Below are positions 1 through 10,228 of a stretch of DNA of 64,000 nt, in pieces. The stretch's first letter is position 1. Every line of letters starts with the position of its first letter. The notes beneath the pieces are model-generated. The model worked only from the letters and a program-made list of their open reading frames with translations, was not told where the DNA came from and did no database searches. Source of the DNA: an uncultured Gammaproteobacteria bacterium. GTDB taxonomy: Bacteria; Patescibacteriota; Microgenomatia; Levybacterales; UBA12049. The DNA lies in assembly GCA_964571255.1 (NCBI GenBank), contig CAZNAA010000001.1, positions 702,230 through 766,229 on the forward strand. The letters run 5' to 3'. Both the position numbers and the translations under genes were made by a program.

Positions 1-359
1 TTGGCGTTGCGCCTATTCTTGCGGGAGTTGGGGTACTATCAGCGGTCTATTATTTTTTTCTTCAACAAACAACTTTTTTAAACTGGACTATTCTTATCCC
101 TATTTGTACCACTTTTGTTATTGGTAATACCATGTTTTCTAGTCGAAAAGATTTAGAGGGCACCTTGGGGTTTCTAGTTATTGTTACCATTATCGGTGGA
201 ATTCTTTTAGCAGCAAATCCTTTTCTGAATCAATCACTTATTTATTTTCTAACTACTACTGCCACTCCTTTTTTTACCATTCTTTCTCTTTACTTACTTC
301 CTCCTATTATTCTGGACATAGCAATTATTCTTCTCGCAAAAGCACTCCAAACTACTTAG
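1..359 (+). CDS. Membrane protein, 5'-partial
   Basis: Frame of ORF 132..359 stays open back to position 3; multiple hydrophobic segments. Confidence 0.6.
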   Translation, partial: GVAPILAGVGVLSAVYYFFLQQTTFLNWTILIPICTTFVIGNTMFSSRKDLEGTLGFLVIVTIIGGILLAANPFLNQSLIYFLTTTATPFFTILSLYLLPPIILDIAIILLAKALQTT

Positions 360-2046
360 TCATATATTGACTACACATTTCCTCTCTAGATAAGGATTCA
401 ACTTTCAATTGAGAAAATGTTTTTGTGTTAATAAATCCTTGGAGTAAGTCGTAATTACAAAATGGATCATTGTAGATTCGATACACTGCTCCCCCATCAA
501 CCAAACGAGAAATAACCATACTATCTTGAGTTGTTTGAGAAGTTCCACATTCTGCTTGAGAGATATAAATAGTATTGGTATCAGGAACAAAGTTTAAATC
601 ACAAGACATAATAGTAACTCCACTTAACGTATACTTTTTCTTTTCAAAAGACTGACGAATCTCCATTACTGTTTCTTTATTTAACTTATTTGAATAAAAC
701 AAGTATTTTTTATATACATCCTCTGCATTATTAGAAAAAACAATCACTTTTTTGTTTTGCTCTTGTGCCTTGTCTATATACGCAGCCATTACTCGTAAGG
801 GTAAATCCGATCCACCAACAAGTGGGTATCTGGTGAAATAGACATAACTAAACTTTGCAATAAGAAAAGTATAAAGAAGCAGAAGACTGAGAGAAAATAT
901 CACTTGTTGCTTTTCTTTTAGGAAACTTTGGAGCTCTGAGATTCCCACACCTGCAACGATAAGAAGAAAAGGAATAAGAAGCGTATTGTGAGGAGAAAAG
1001 TTATCAGGATTTTTATGAAAAAGTTGAGGGACAATACTTAAGAGAATTAATCCGACGAGTACCCATCCCTTTTTCGGATATCGAGAAAATAAAAACCACA
1101 TTCCCACTAGAATACCTATCCCATCAATAACATGAAATAATCCGTAGGACTGCACTCCATAGAATTGATCCCCATTCATAAACAAGTATTCAGGAGAAAA
1201 TACTGCTGCAGTTTTTTTAAGTAAGATATCAGTGTATACAACAAGTTTATTTCCCATCACTAAAGAAAGTGGCGAGGGAATACTATTTTGTCTTTGAGAG
1301 ATAACAGTTTTAGAAACAGATTCATGGGTTGGCAAAAAGATTTCTCCTACTCGAGAAGTAGAAGTTGAAAATAATAGAGCTCCATACAGTCCAACTACTA
1401 AAAAGGATGCCCCAAGAAAAACCAAGTGTTTCTTTCCTACTTCTTTTTTGTTTTGAAAATATAGATATCCTATCCCGAGTAAAATTACAGGAAGAAAAAT
1501 GAGTTTGGTTCCAATATAGGAATAAAAACCAAGAAGAAAAATTGCGAAGGTAATAAAAAATTGCAAAGTGGATTTTGCTTTAAGAAGCAAATAAAGTCCT
1601 AAGATATAAAAAAACATGGAAAGATTCATTTCATACCCTGTGCGTCCAATAACTATTAACCATGGATTAATACTGGCAAGAAAGGCAACCCAAAGGGCTG
1701 TTTTTTCCGTGAACAACTGTTTTGTTAAAAGATACAGTGCATAAATTATCCCAACACTAAATACGACATGGGGAAGTTTTGATAAGAAAAGTGAACCAAA
1801 CGAAAAGAAGGAGAGAAAGTAGGGAAGTTCTGCTTGAGGAAAAGCTCCTAAAGGATACTGAAAAAGAAAAATAGATAAAGGATTCCACGTTCCTGAGACA
1901 TCACTTCCTGTAAAAAGAATAAATTTAGCAATAAATGAATAAATCATCTCGTCCCCACTGATGGCAACAGGGACTCTATCTAAAAAAATACCTCGCAGGA
2001 AAAGAGCTAACAGTACTATTCCGAAAAGAAGCTTATTTCCCCTCAT
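352..2046 (-). CDS. GT-C (ArnT/PMT-like) membrane glycosyltransferase
   Basis: N-terminal TM, then the DE acidic motif (SGDEMIY), about 12 TM helices and a soluble C-terminal domain. Confidence 0.75.
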   Translation of the reverse strand: MRGNKLLFGIVLLALFLRGIFLDRVPVAISGDEMIYSFIAKFILFTGSDVSGTWNPLSIFLFQYPLGAFPQAELPYFLSFFSFGSLFLSKLPHVVFSVGIIYALYLLTKQLFTEKTALWVAFLASINPWLIVIGRTGYEMNLSMFFYILGLYLLLKAKSTLQFFITFAIFLLGFYSYIGTKLIFLPVILLGIGYLYFQNKKEVGKKHLVFLGASFLVVGLYGALLFSTSTSRVGEIFLPTHESVSKTVISQRQNSIPSPLSLVMGNKLVVYTDILLKKTAAVFSPEYLFMNGDQFYGVQSYGLFHVIDGIGILVGMWFLFSRYPKKGWVLVGLILLSIVPQLFHKNPDNFSPHNTLLIPFLLIVAGVGISELQSFLKEKQQVIFSLSLLLLYTFLIAKFSYVYFTRYPLVGGSDLPLRVMAAYIDKAQEQNKKVIVFSNNAEDVYKKYLFYSNKLNKETVMEIRQSFEKKKYTLSGVTIMSCDLNFVPDTNTIYISQAECGTSQTTQDSMVISRLVDGGAVYRIYNDPFCNYDLLQGFINTKTFSQLKVESLSREEMCSQYMTK

Positions 2047-2104
2047 TTCTATTCAGTATAGCAATGATTTGACAGAAGAGATAGAAACACAGTAAAGTGA
2101 GAGT

Positions 2105-4159
2105 GTGGAACCCTCCTCTGCCTCACCAACACCAGCATCAGATCCTCTTCACACGGAACTTACTAAAGGTGATAATAAACGGTTTCTTTTTATCATGGGA
2201 GGCTTAAGTATTCTCCTTCTTCTCACAGTTTTTGGTATGGCAACCTTTTTAAAAGGAAAATTACTCCCTTCTTTCTCAACAAATCCCAACACAACTACTT
2301 CAGATAATTCTAGTCAAAATACTCTTGGGCAATGGATCAACTGTAATGACGTCCGAGACATTATTTCAGAAGGAGACACTCTTTATGTTGCCTGTTATGG
2401 AGGGGTATTAATTCTTAACAAAAATGGGGAGATTAAAGAACAAATAACAAAAACAACAGGTTTAGGAAACCATACAAGCACTTCATTAGTGAAAATTGAT
2501 GACAATCTTTATATCGGCTCCCAAGATGGATTTACTCGCTATAATCTAAAAACGAAAGAGGCAAAGAAAATTAGTGTAAGTGAAGGACTAGTAAACGGAT
2601 CAAATATCATATTACGAGAGGATGGGACGGATATTTGGGTCGGGACATTTGATGGATTAAGTAAATATTCAACTACTACTGGAGTAATTACTAATTACCG
2701 CACAGAACTTGCGAACAAATCAACTAAATACAATATAAGTAACATTCTTGTTACACCTAGTAGTGTGTATGTCATTGTTCTTGCCAGTGCTGAATCATCG
2801 GGAGGAGTTGCGAGATTTGATAAACCAACTCAAACATGGGAGAGATTTGATGAGACAAGTTTTGTATCATCCACCTCTAATCCATCACGAATTGATTTGT
2901 ATGAGCTTGCACAAATCGGAGAAAAAGTATACGTAGCAGATAGTGGAACGATGATTTGGGAGGCTGAAAATAAAAAAGCTAGTAATTGGAAACCCTTATC
3001 AGAGATCATGGGAAAAATTGTTGATTCTCCTCAAAAATATGCCAACTTACTCGGTTCTCAAGGTGAAAAATTGTATGTACAACAAGATAAACAAATTTAT
3101 GCAGTTACTCCATCTTCAACCTCTACTGAGATATTTATGACCATTTCTCCAAACACTTTTGGAGGAACCTCCCCTATTATTTTAAAAGAGAACAAGATAT
3201 GGTACATTCAACCATATTCAGAATGGATTGTGATAGATATTCCTTCTAAGAGTGAATCGAAGCTTTCTCTAGAACGACCAGGTAAATTCTCCTCACTTCT
3301 TGGTGTTATTGATTCCGCTCTTTTCTTAGTGGCTGATGCTAGTGTCTATTCTTTAAGTAATAAACAATTTAAAAAAGAGTTAGATTTATCAAACGGTACT
3401 TTTGATGTTGTTCCCACCTTTTATCCGATTGTGGATTCGGACAAAATCTTTATGAGTTTTCAGTCTTGCGGACAAGCATGTACTGAATCACTTTTTTATC
3501 TCTATGACTATAAGGATAAGAAGAGTAATAAACTAACCGTTCCTGATTCTATTCAAAAACAATATCTAGAAACTAACCAATTTGGAGCACAACATCCACC
3601 CATTGTCTTTAACTCATTTAATAAGGAGAAAAACACAATTATCCTAAATGTTACAGGAAGTAAAGCGTTTACTCTTTCCTATTCTCTTCAAAATAATATA
3701 TGGGATCTACAAAGCACTACACCAACGGTATATCCCCCGATAGATCGGATAACATGTATTCCAAGCTTTACCTATGCTAAAGCCAATAAATTTGAGCAAA
3801 CAACCTGTCTTTCTGAAGATATATCCCCATTCAAAATTGAAACTAGTTCTCAAAACGAGGCCTCTCTTGTAACAGAAAATGGAGTAAAGGTCGATTATCC
3901 TCTTCCTCCTCTTGACTACTCACCTTTCAAAGGAGTAGATACTTCCTATTTCTTATCTCATATAGTTCCGAGTAAAGATAAGCTTTGGGTGATTACTTCT
4001 CGAGGATATAGTGTCTATGACAAAAAAACAGCTACTTGGAAAGCTCTTACAGAGAAAGACGGAATATTATCTAACTCAAATATTTTAACCCAACTTCTTG
4101 TTACTGACTCTGAAGCTTGGGTTCTTACAGAAGCTGGACTCTCCTATCTTCCTCAATAA
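2105..4159 (+). CDS. Membrane-anchored beta-propeller surface protein (regulator-propeller-like repeats)
   Basis: Single N-terminal TM; repeated LYIGSQDGF / IWVGTFDGLS / WVLTEAGLS blades. Confidence 0.65.
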   Translation: MEPSSASPTPASDPLHTELTKGDNKRFLFIMGGLSILLLLTVFGMATFLKGKLLPSFSTNPNTTTSDNSSQNTLGQWINCNDVRDIISEGDTLYVACYGGVLILNKNGEIKEQITKTTGLGNHTSTSLVKIDDNLYIGSQDGFTRYNLKTKEAKKISVSEGLVNGSNIILREDGTDIWVGTFDGLSKYSTTTGVITNYRTELANKSTKYNISNILVTPSSVYVIVLASAESSGGVARFDKPTQTWERFDETSFVSSTSNPSRIDLYELAQIGEKVYVADSGTMIWEAENKKASNWKPLSEIMGKIVDSPQKYANLLGSQGEKLYVQQDKQIYAVTPSSTSTEIFMTISPNTFGGTSPIILKENKIWYIQPYSEWIVIDIPSKSESKLSLERPGKFSSLLGVIDSALFLVADASVYSLSNKQFKKELDLSNGTFDVVPTFYPIVDSDKIFMSFQSCGQACTESLFYLYDYKDKKSNKLTVPDSIQKQYLETNQFGAQHPPIVFNSFNKEKNTIILNVTGSKAFTLSYSLQNNIWDLQSTTPTVYPPIDRITCIPSFTYAKANKFEQTTCLSEDISPFKIETSSQNEASLVTENGVKVDYPLPPLDYSPFKGVDTSYFLSHIVPSKDKLWVITSRGYSVYDKKTATWKALTEKDGILSNSNILTQLLVTDSEAWVLTEAGLSYLPQ

Positions 4160-4174
4160 TGGTATAATATGAGT

Positions 4175-4657
4175 ATGAATCCCACACAAGAAATCGCAAC
4201 TTTTGGTGCAGGCTGTTTTTGGGGAGTTGAGGAGACATTTAGAAATCTTGATGGAGTTGTCCAAACTTCAGTTGGCTATATGGGAGGCAATAAAGAAAAT
4301 CCAACCTATGAAGATGTCTGTTCTGACCAGACAGGACATGCTGAAGTAATTCAAATCACTTTTGATCCAAAAATCACCTCGTATAAAAAGTTATTAGATG
4401 TATTCTGGGAGTCTCACAATCCAACAACATTAAATCGTCAAGGACCAGATGTTGGGACACAATACCGCTCTGTTATTTTTTACCATTCTCCACAACAGAA
4501 AGAAATTGCTGAGAAGTCTCTTAAAGAACAAGAAGAAGTGAGAGTATATACGTCCCCCATTGTCACCAAGATTGTTGAAGCAACACCTTTTTATAAAGCT
4601 GAAGAATACCACCAACAATACCTCGCCAAAAGAGGTTTAGAATCTTGCCATATTTAA
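4175..4657 (+). CDS. msrA: Peptide-methionine (S)-S-oxide reductase
   Basis: GCFWG, GHAE, GTQYRS and AEEYHQQY motifs; start placed at 4175 because TATAAT lies at 4163-4168. Confidence 0.95.
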   Translation: MNPTQEIATFGAGCFWGVEETFRNLDGVVQTSVGYMGGNKENPTYEDVCSDQTGHAEVIQITFDPKITSYKKLLDVFWESHNPTTLNRQGPDVGTQYRSVIFYHSPQQKEIAEKSLKEQEEVRVYTSPIVTKIVEATPFYKAEEYHQQYLAKRGLESCHI

Positions 4658-4661
4658 TTCC

Positions 4662-5489
4662 ATGCCACAAGATAAATTTTCAGCTGTATGGCTTTCTCAC
4701 TCGAGTCTTACTGATTTTTTAAAGTGTCAAAGACTGTATTTTCTTCATAACGTCTATCGAGATCCAAAGACAGGACACAAGATGGGGATTATGAATCCAT
4801 CTTTAGCTCTTGGACAAACTGTTCATATAGTCCTTGAGGAATTATCTACTCTTCCTGTAGAAGAGAGGTTTAAGAAATCACTTCTTGAAAGATATGATGA
4901 GGTATGGAAAAGTGTTAGCGGGGAAAAAGGAGGATTTAAATCAAAAGAGGAAGAAGAGGAAATTAAAGAAAGAGGGAAAAAAATGCTTGAGCGGGTTATG
5001 AATAATCCTGGACCTCTTCTTAATAAAGCAGTTAAAATAAACCAAGATCTTCCTCATTTTTTACTCTCTCCTGAGGAGAATATTATTCTTTGTGGAAAAG
5101 TTGATTGGCTTGAATATTTACCAGATACAGATAGTGTTCATATAATTGATTTTAAAACAGGGAAAAAAGAAGAAGACCCAGATTCACTACAACTTCCCAT
5201 TTATCATCTCCTCGTTCAAACCTGTCAAAAACGAACAGTCTCAAAAGCCAGTTATTGGTATTTAGAAACAAATGACAGTCTTACGGAAAAAGAGTTATCA
5301 GATACCCAAGCAGCCAGAGATCATTTACTTCACTTAGGCAAACAAGTAAAACAAGTGCGAAGTGAAAAACTTTTTGAATGTCGGAAAAAGGGATGTTATC
5401 ACTGTGAGCCGTATGAGAGAATTTTAAAACAACAAGCAAAACCTGTGGGAGTAAATGAATATAATCAAGATATCTATATTATTACTTAG
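4662..5489 (+). CDS. PD-(D/E)XK nuclease, RecB/AddB/Cas4-like
   Basis: LSHSS..C N-terminus, GKVD, IIDFKTG, QLPIY, C-terminal CxxxxCxxC. Confidence 0.8.
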   Translation: MPQDKFSAVWLSHSSLTDFLKCQRLYFLHNVYRDPKTGHKMGIMNPSLALGQTVHIVLEELSTLPVEERFKKSLLERYDEVWKSVSGEKGGFKSKEEEEEIKERGKKMLERVMNNPGPLLNKAVKINQDLPHFLLSPEENIILCGKVDWLEYLPDTDSVHIIDFKTGKKEEDPDSLQLPIYHLLVQTCQKRTVSKASYWYLETNDSLTEKELSDTQAARDHLLHLGKQVKQVRSEKLFECRKKGCYHCEPYERILKQQAKPVGVNEYNQDIYIIT

Positions 5490-6327
5490 AACTCCATCTA
5501 GCATAAATTCCTGTTGAAAGATTTTTCTTAAAACTATCCTCAATTATTAACTCTCCATGTTCAATTGTTCCACTTTTTATATAATCTTTGAGTATGTTTT
5601 CTAACATAAAAGAAGAAGCTGTTATGGCGTAAGCATTCACGATCAAAAATAATGCCTCTTTTGAGAGAAGCTTAAAGCAATCCTCAAGAAGCAGAAGGAA
5701 GCTTTTTTGGAAATCCCATACTTCACCATCTGGTCCATGTCCATAAATTGGAGGATCCATAATAATCCCGTCATACTCTACTCCACGTCGTATCTCTCTT
5801 TTTACAAAAGAAACAGCATCATCAAGAATCCATCTGATCGGCTTATCAGTTAGACCAGATGCATCTTGGTTTTCTCTTGCCCACTGAATTGCTTTTTTAG
5901 AGGCATCAACATGGGTAACACTTGCTCCTTGTGCGGCACAAGCAATACTTGCTCCACCTGTATAACCAAAAAGATTTAGAATTTTTATATCCTTTCTCCC
6001 GGAGAGTTCTATTTTCTCCCTCATAAAATCCCAGTTCAGGTGTTGTTCTGGAAAAATTCCTGTGTGTTTAAACGGGGTAAGTCGAGCGTGAAAAGTTATG
6101 TCTTTATAACAAACGTTCCAAAACCCTGGGACTGGTTGGCGAATCTTCCATTCCTTTTCAAAGTGAGCATGAACTTTTTTCCACTTATTCTCATCACTTT
6201 TCTTCCAAATGCACTGAGGATCCGGACGAGAAAGAAGAATATCTCCATACTTCTCTAGTCGATACCCGTCTCCACTATCAATAAGAGAATAGTCCTTCCA
6301 CCCGGTAGTATGTAAGGGAGTGATCAT
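5482..6327 (-). CDS. Class I SAM-dependent methyltransferase (RlmI/RlmK-like)
   Basis: LNLFGYTGG, VDAS and IIMDPP motifs. Confidence 0.85.
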   Translation of the reverse strand: MITPLHTTGWKDYSLIDSGDGYRLEKYGDILLSRPDPQCIWKKSDENKWKKVHAHFEKEWKIRQPVPGFWNVCYKDITFHARLTPFKHTGIFPEQHLNWDFMREKIELSGRKDIKILNLFGYTGGASIACAAQGASVTHVDASKKAIQWARENQDASGLTDKPIRWILDDAVSFVKREIRRGVEYDGIIMDPPIYGHGPDGEVWDFQKSFLLLLEDCFKLLSKEALFLIVNAYAITASSFMLENILKDYIKSGTIEHGELIIEDSFKKNLSTGIYARWSSK

Positions 6328-7292
6328 ATCGTTTTGAGTTCTTTTAAAAGAATTGGAACAAGCTTTTTAATTTCCGAATCATCATAAATATTAATTGAGT
6401 AAACTTTCTTATTCATTTTTTTAAGTTGTTTTACTTTTTTTCCTGTTTCTTCTTTAGTTAATAAATCGGATTTTGTGAGTAGCAAAATCTCATTTTTATC
6501 AAGAAGTTTGGTATTGTATTCTGAGAATTCATTTCGAACAGTGTTATATGTTTCAACAACGTTGTCTACCGTTCCATCAATACAGTGAATTAACATTTTT
6601 GTTTTCTCAATATGCTTCAGAAAAGAGATTCCTAACCCTTTCCCTTTTGAAGCTCCTTCAATAAGTCCGGGAATATCAGCTAAAATATATTTATCCATAA
6701 CTCCTAAGTTGGGTTCAAGAGTAGTAAAAGGATAATCTCCAATCTTAGGTTGTGCATTTGTCAAAACAGAGAGCAAACTACTTTTCCCCGCGTTTGGAAG
6801 TCCAATAATTCCAATATCTGCAATGATTCTTAAAACCAAGCGAATTTTTTTCTCTTCTCCCAAGGTTCCTTTTTCCGCAAAGCGAGGAGTCTGATTAGTT
6901 GAAGACTTGAATTCATTATTCCCCCGTCCACCTTTTCCTCCTGCAGCCATGAGTACTCTTTCATCATTCACTCTCATCTCTCGTGTTTTTCCACTTTCCA
7001 AATCCGTTACGTGTGTTCCAAAAGGAATAGAAATGATAAGATCTACTCCGTTTCTTCCATACAGATTTTTTCTATTCCCTTTAATTCCTGTCTCAGCTTC
7101 CCATTTCTTCTTATATTGAAATTTTTGCAGTGCTGAAACATCATCTACGCCTTGGAGATAGACACTTCCTCCGTTGCCTCCATTCCCTCCGTCAGGACCA
7201 CCTCGATAGTTTCCCTCATTGGTACGAAAAGACACGGCTCCATTGCCTCCATCTCCACCTTTGATCGTAATAGTCACTTCATCAATTAGCAT
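6324..7292 (-). CDS. obgE: GTPase ObgE/CgtA
   Basis: Gly-rich Obg fold, GLPNAGKS, YPFTT, DIPG, TKSD. Confidence 0.95.
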   Translation of the reverse strand: MLIDEVTITIKGGDGGNGAVSFRTNEGNYRGGPDGGNGGNGGSVYLQGVDDVSALQKFQYKKKWEAETGIKGNRKNLYGRNGVDLIISIPFGTHVTDLESGKTREMRVNDERVLMAAGGKGGRGNNEFKSSTNQTPRFAEKGTLGEEKKIRLVLRIIADIGIIGLPNAGKSSLLSVLTNAQPKIGDYPFTTLEPNLGVMDKYILADIPGLIEGASKGKGLGISFLKHIEKTKMLIHCIDGTVDNVVETYNTVRNEFSEYNTKLLDKNEILLLTKSDLLTKEETGKKVKQLKKMNKKVYSINIYDDSEIKKLVPILLKELKTI

Positions 7293-7346
7293 TCCTCTAT
7301 TTTAACACAAAACTATAGGCAAAAGGGGACGTGCTATACTATATCT

Positions 7347-7814
7347 GTGTCAACTCTTCCTCTTCCTGGAGAAAAACATTTAACTGCATCAATCTGGATA
7401 ACAACTCCGGAGAAGCCTAAGAAAATTCTCCTTATTCATCATAAAAAGTTTGATATGTGGATTCAACCTGGAGGGCATGTAGAACAATTTGAGAATCCAT
7501 TAGAATGTATTATTCGAGAAACTATTGAAGAAACAGGAATAGATCTTAGTCCTTTTTTCACAACCACACCTATTGGTGAACAAAAACTTCTTCCTCTTCC
7601 TAAATTCTTTTTTGAAGAGATTGTTCCACCTCACGGAGAACAACCAAAACATTTCCACCTTGATTGTATGTACCACATAGAGCTTCCTGAACAGAGAGTA
7701 ACAAGAGAAGAGGCAGGAGCCAATGATATAGGGTGGTTTACTCTTGAGGAAACTGAAAAATTAAGTGTCCACAAAAACACACGGTATGCAATTGAAGAGT
7801 TATTAAGAGAGTAA
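7347..7814 (+). CDS. NUDIX hydrolase
   Basis: Nudix box GGHVEQFENPLECIIRETIEETG. Confidence 0.9.
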   Translation: MSTLPLPGEKHLTASIWITTPEKPKKILLIHHKKFDMWIQPGGHVEQFENPLECIIRETIEETGIDLSPFFTTTPIGEQKLLPLPKFFFEEIVPPHGEQPKHFHLDCMYHIELPEQRVTREEAGANDIGWFTLEETEKLSVHKNTRYAIEELLRE

Positions 7815-7815
7815 G

Positions 7816-9582
7816 TTAGAAAATATCAAACTTCTCAAGGAGTTTTTTATTCCCATCAATCTGGTAGTGAAGTAAATCAGAATAAATCCCTTTTCGTGAA
7901 GATAACTCTTGAGGACTACCACTATCAACTATTTCGCCACTATCAATTACCAAAATCTTGTCCACATTTTGAATAGTTGAGAATCTGTGAGCAATGATAA
8001 TGACTAGTTTTTTCTTCATTAAATTTTCAAGAGCTTCTTGAACTTCTTTTTCAGATTTTGCATCTAGACTACTGGTTGCTTCATCCAGAATAAGAATCGG
8101 TGCATTCTTAAGAATAGCTCTAGCAATCTGAATTCGTTGCTTTTGTCCTCCAGATAGTTTTACTCCCCTTTCTCCAATCTCTGCATCCAACCCTTTTGGT
8201 AACTTCATTACAAAATCATACGCGTTTGCCAACTTTAAGGCTTCAATCACTTTTTTCTCTGAGGCTTCAGTTCCATATACCACGTTTTCTCTTACAGTAC
8301 TTGAGAAGAGTTCATTATCTTGGAAAACAAGGGAGATATTATGCCGGATAAAGCCATGATCAAGCGCTGAATAGCTTTTTCCAGAAAAAAGAATGCTTCC
8401 CCCTGTTGGTTCATAAAATTTCAAAATTAAATTTACAATCGTTGACTTACCTGCTCCACTATGTCCAACAAGTGCCACTTTTTCGTTTTTCTTCATTTCA
8501 AAACTCACATCTTTTAATACATTGTTTGACGTTTCATATTCAAAACTCACATTCTCAAAAGTAATAGTTGGATCCTTAACTGTTTCATACTCTTTTTTTG
8601 TACCCATGGTTTCTGTTGAGGGGAGAGAGAGAATATCAAAAAATTCTTTCGATCCACTCTCTGCTTCTTGAATTCGAGTCAGGAGAAAAGAGATGGCAAA
8701 GAGAGGTCGTCGAGCTTGTCCAATAAGCTGTAAGATAAGAACCATTTCTCCAATACTTAACATGCCCATAAAGGTGTTGTAAAAAACAATAATATTGATA
8801 ATCAGGAGAACAATTTGAAGACTTAACCCTCGGTAAAAATCAAAAATATGAAAGGTTTTACTTTGTTTGGCATAAATCTTATTGCTATCTCCCAAATTTT
8901 TAGATACTAAATCATACTCATATTTTTGGGTATTAAAACTTTTAACCAAAGCGATATTTGAAATTACTTCCCTAATTCTTCCTCGTGTTATATCTTCAAT
9001 GGCATTTTTCTTTACTTCTTCAAGTCCCCATTTTTGGGTTGAGATATAACTAATAAAAATATAAATGGGGAAAAGAAGAAAGGTAAAAAGAGCAATATAT
9101 ATATTGTAATAGGCAAGGACAAAAAGAGTAAAAACACTTTGAAGGAACATAGGAAGAAGAAAATTTGTCATTGTCGAGACAAAACCTTGAATTGACATAA
9201 TCCCTCGTGATAACTGATTAATTATTTTTCCAGATACTTCAGAGTCAAAATAAGTCTGAGGAAGAGTCATTACTTTATGGTAGAATTTTTCTGTTAAGTA
9301 CTTTCTCAATTCTCCTGTTACATGATCGCCTAATCGTTCACTAAGAACAGTGAAAACAAGGGAGATAAGACTTGATACAAATACTGCACCGATAAGAAGA
9401 ATCAATCTATTCAAGTCTCCAGCTTGGCCTTGAACTTGAGCCACAATCTGATCAACGATTGATTTGGAAAGAATTGGGCCTAATAACTCAAGCAGTGCTC
9501 CTCCGACAATTAAGGCCGCCAGAAGAAAAAGTAAGTTGTATAAAGGCTTAGCAAGCTTGATGATTTTAGCTATATTTTTCAT
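7816..9582 (-). CDS. ABC exporter, fused TMD-NBD (MsbA/MdlB-like)
   Basis: 6 TM helices, GHSGAGKS, LSGGQ, ILILDEATSSLD. Confidence 0.9.
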   Translation of the reverse strand: MKNIAKIIKLAKPLYNLLFLLAALIVGGALLELLGPILSKSIVDQIVAQVQGQAGDLNRLILLIGAVFVSSLISLVFTVLSERLGDHVTGELRKYLTEKFYHKVMTLPQTYFDSEVSGKIINQLSRGIMSIQGFVSTMTNFLLPMFLQSVFTLFVLAYYNIYIALFTFLLFPIYIFISYISTQKWGLEEVKKNAIEDITRGRIREVISNIALVKSFNTQKYEYDLVSKNLGDSNKIYAKQSKTFHIFDFYRGLSLQIVLLIINIIVFYNTFMGMLSIGEMVLILQLIGQARRPLFAISFLLTRIQEAESGSKEFFDILSLPSTETMGTKKEYETVKDPTITFENVSFEYETSNNVLKDVSFEMKKNEKVALVGHSGAGKSTIVNLILKFYEPTGGSILFSGKSYSALDHGFIRHNISLVFQDNELFSSTVRENVVYGTEASEKKVIEALKLANAYDFVMKLPKGLDAEIGERGVKLSGGQKQRIQIARAILKNAPILILDEATSSLDAKSEKEVQEALENLMKKKLVIIIAHRFSTIQNVDKILVIDSGEIVDSGSPQELSSRKGIYSDLLHYQIDGNKKLLEKFDIF

Positions 9583-9781
9583 ACCTTTGTATTATACCGT
9601 TTTTAGAGGCTAAATGATACAAATTAGATCCTAGTTCCTCTTGATCCTGATGTTTTAAGAGAAGCAATTGAGGATACCTGGTAAGATGAAAAACATATAC
9701 CCGTAACAATGCTCTGTAGGATATTCCCTAGTCTAAATAAAAAGTTATGCTGTTTTAAGCAGAATATGCTAGGATAATTTC

Positions 9782-10228
9782 ATGACGATTCTCTATCAAA
9801 ATCTCCCATCAGTTGCTCTACGTTTTACTAAAGGTGAAGAACTCATTTCTTTACTCACTACCTACGCAAAGGAAACGAATATCTCTTTTGCAAGCTTTAC
9901 GTTAATTGGAGCATGTAGTTCTGTTCTCCTCTCCTATTACAACTTAGACACAAAACAATATGAAGATAAAGAGGTTAAGGAAGATATGGAGATAGTGAGT
10001 GTTATTGGAAATATTTCGCTAAAAGACAATGAACCAGTTATTCATTCCCACGGAGTATTCTCAAAAAGAGATTTCTCAACCATTGGTGGGCATTTAAAAT
10101 CTATTATGATCTCAGGAACTGGTGAAGTGTTCTTAATGGTTTATCCTGTACAAATTACTCGTGAATATGATGAAGATACTGGACTATTCCTCCTTTCAAA
10201 TGAATTACAAACGAGTAAGACAGCTTAA
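9782..10228 (+). CDS. PPC/DUF296 domain protein
   Basis: EIVSVIGNI, IHSH and GGHL motifs. Confidence 0.85.
   Translation: MTILYQNLPSVALRFTKGEELISLLTTYAKETNISFASFTLIGACSSVLLSYYNLDTKQYEDKEVKEDMEIVSVIGNISLKDNEPVIHSHGVFSKRDFSTIGGHLKSIMISGTGEVFLMVYPVQITREYDEDTGLFLLSNELQTSKTA

Noticed and set aside
9583-9781. 200-nt divergent intergenic region as an ncRNA
   Set aside because: Only promoter-like boxes seen; no convincing stems or repeats.
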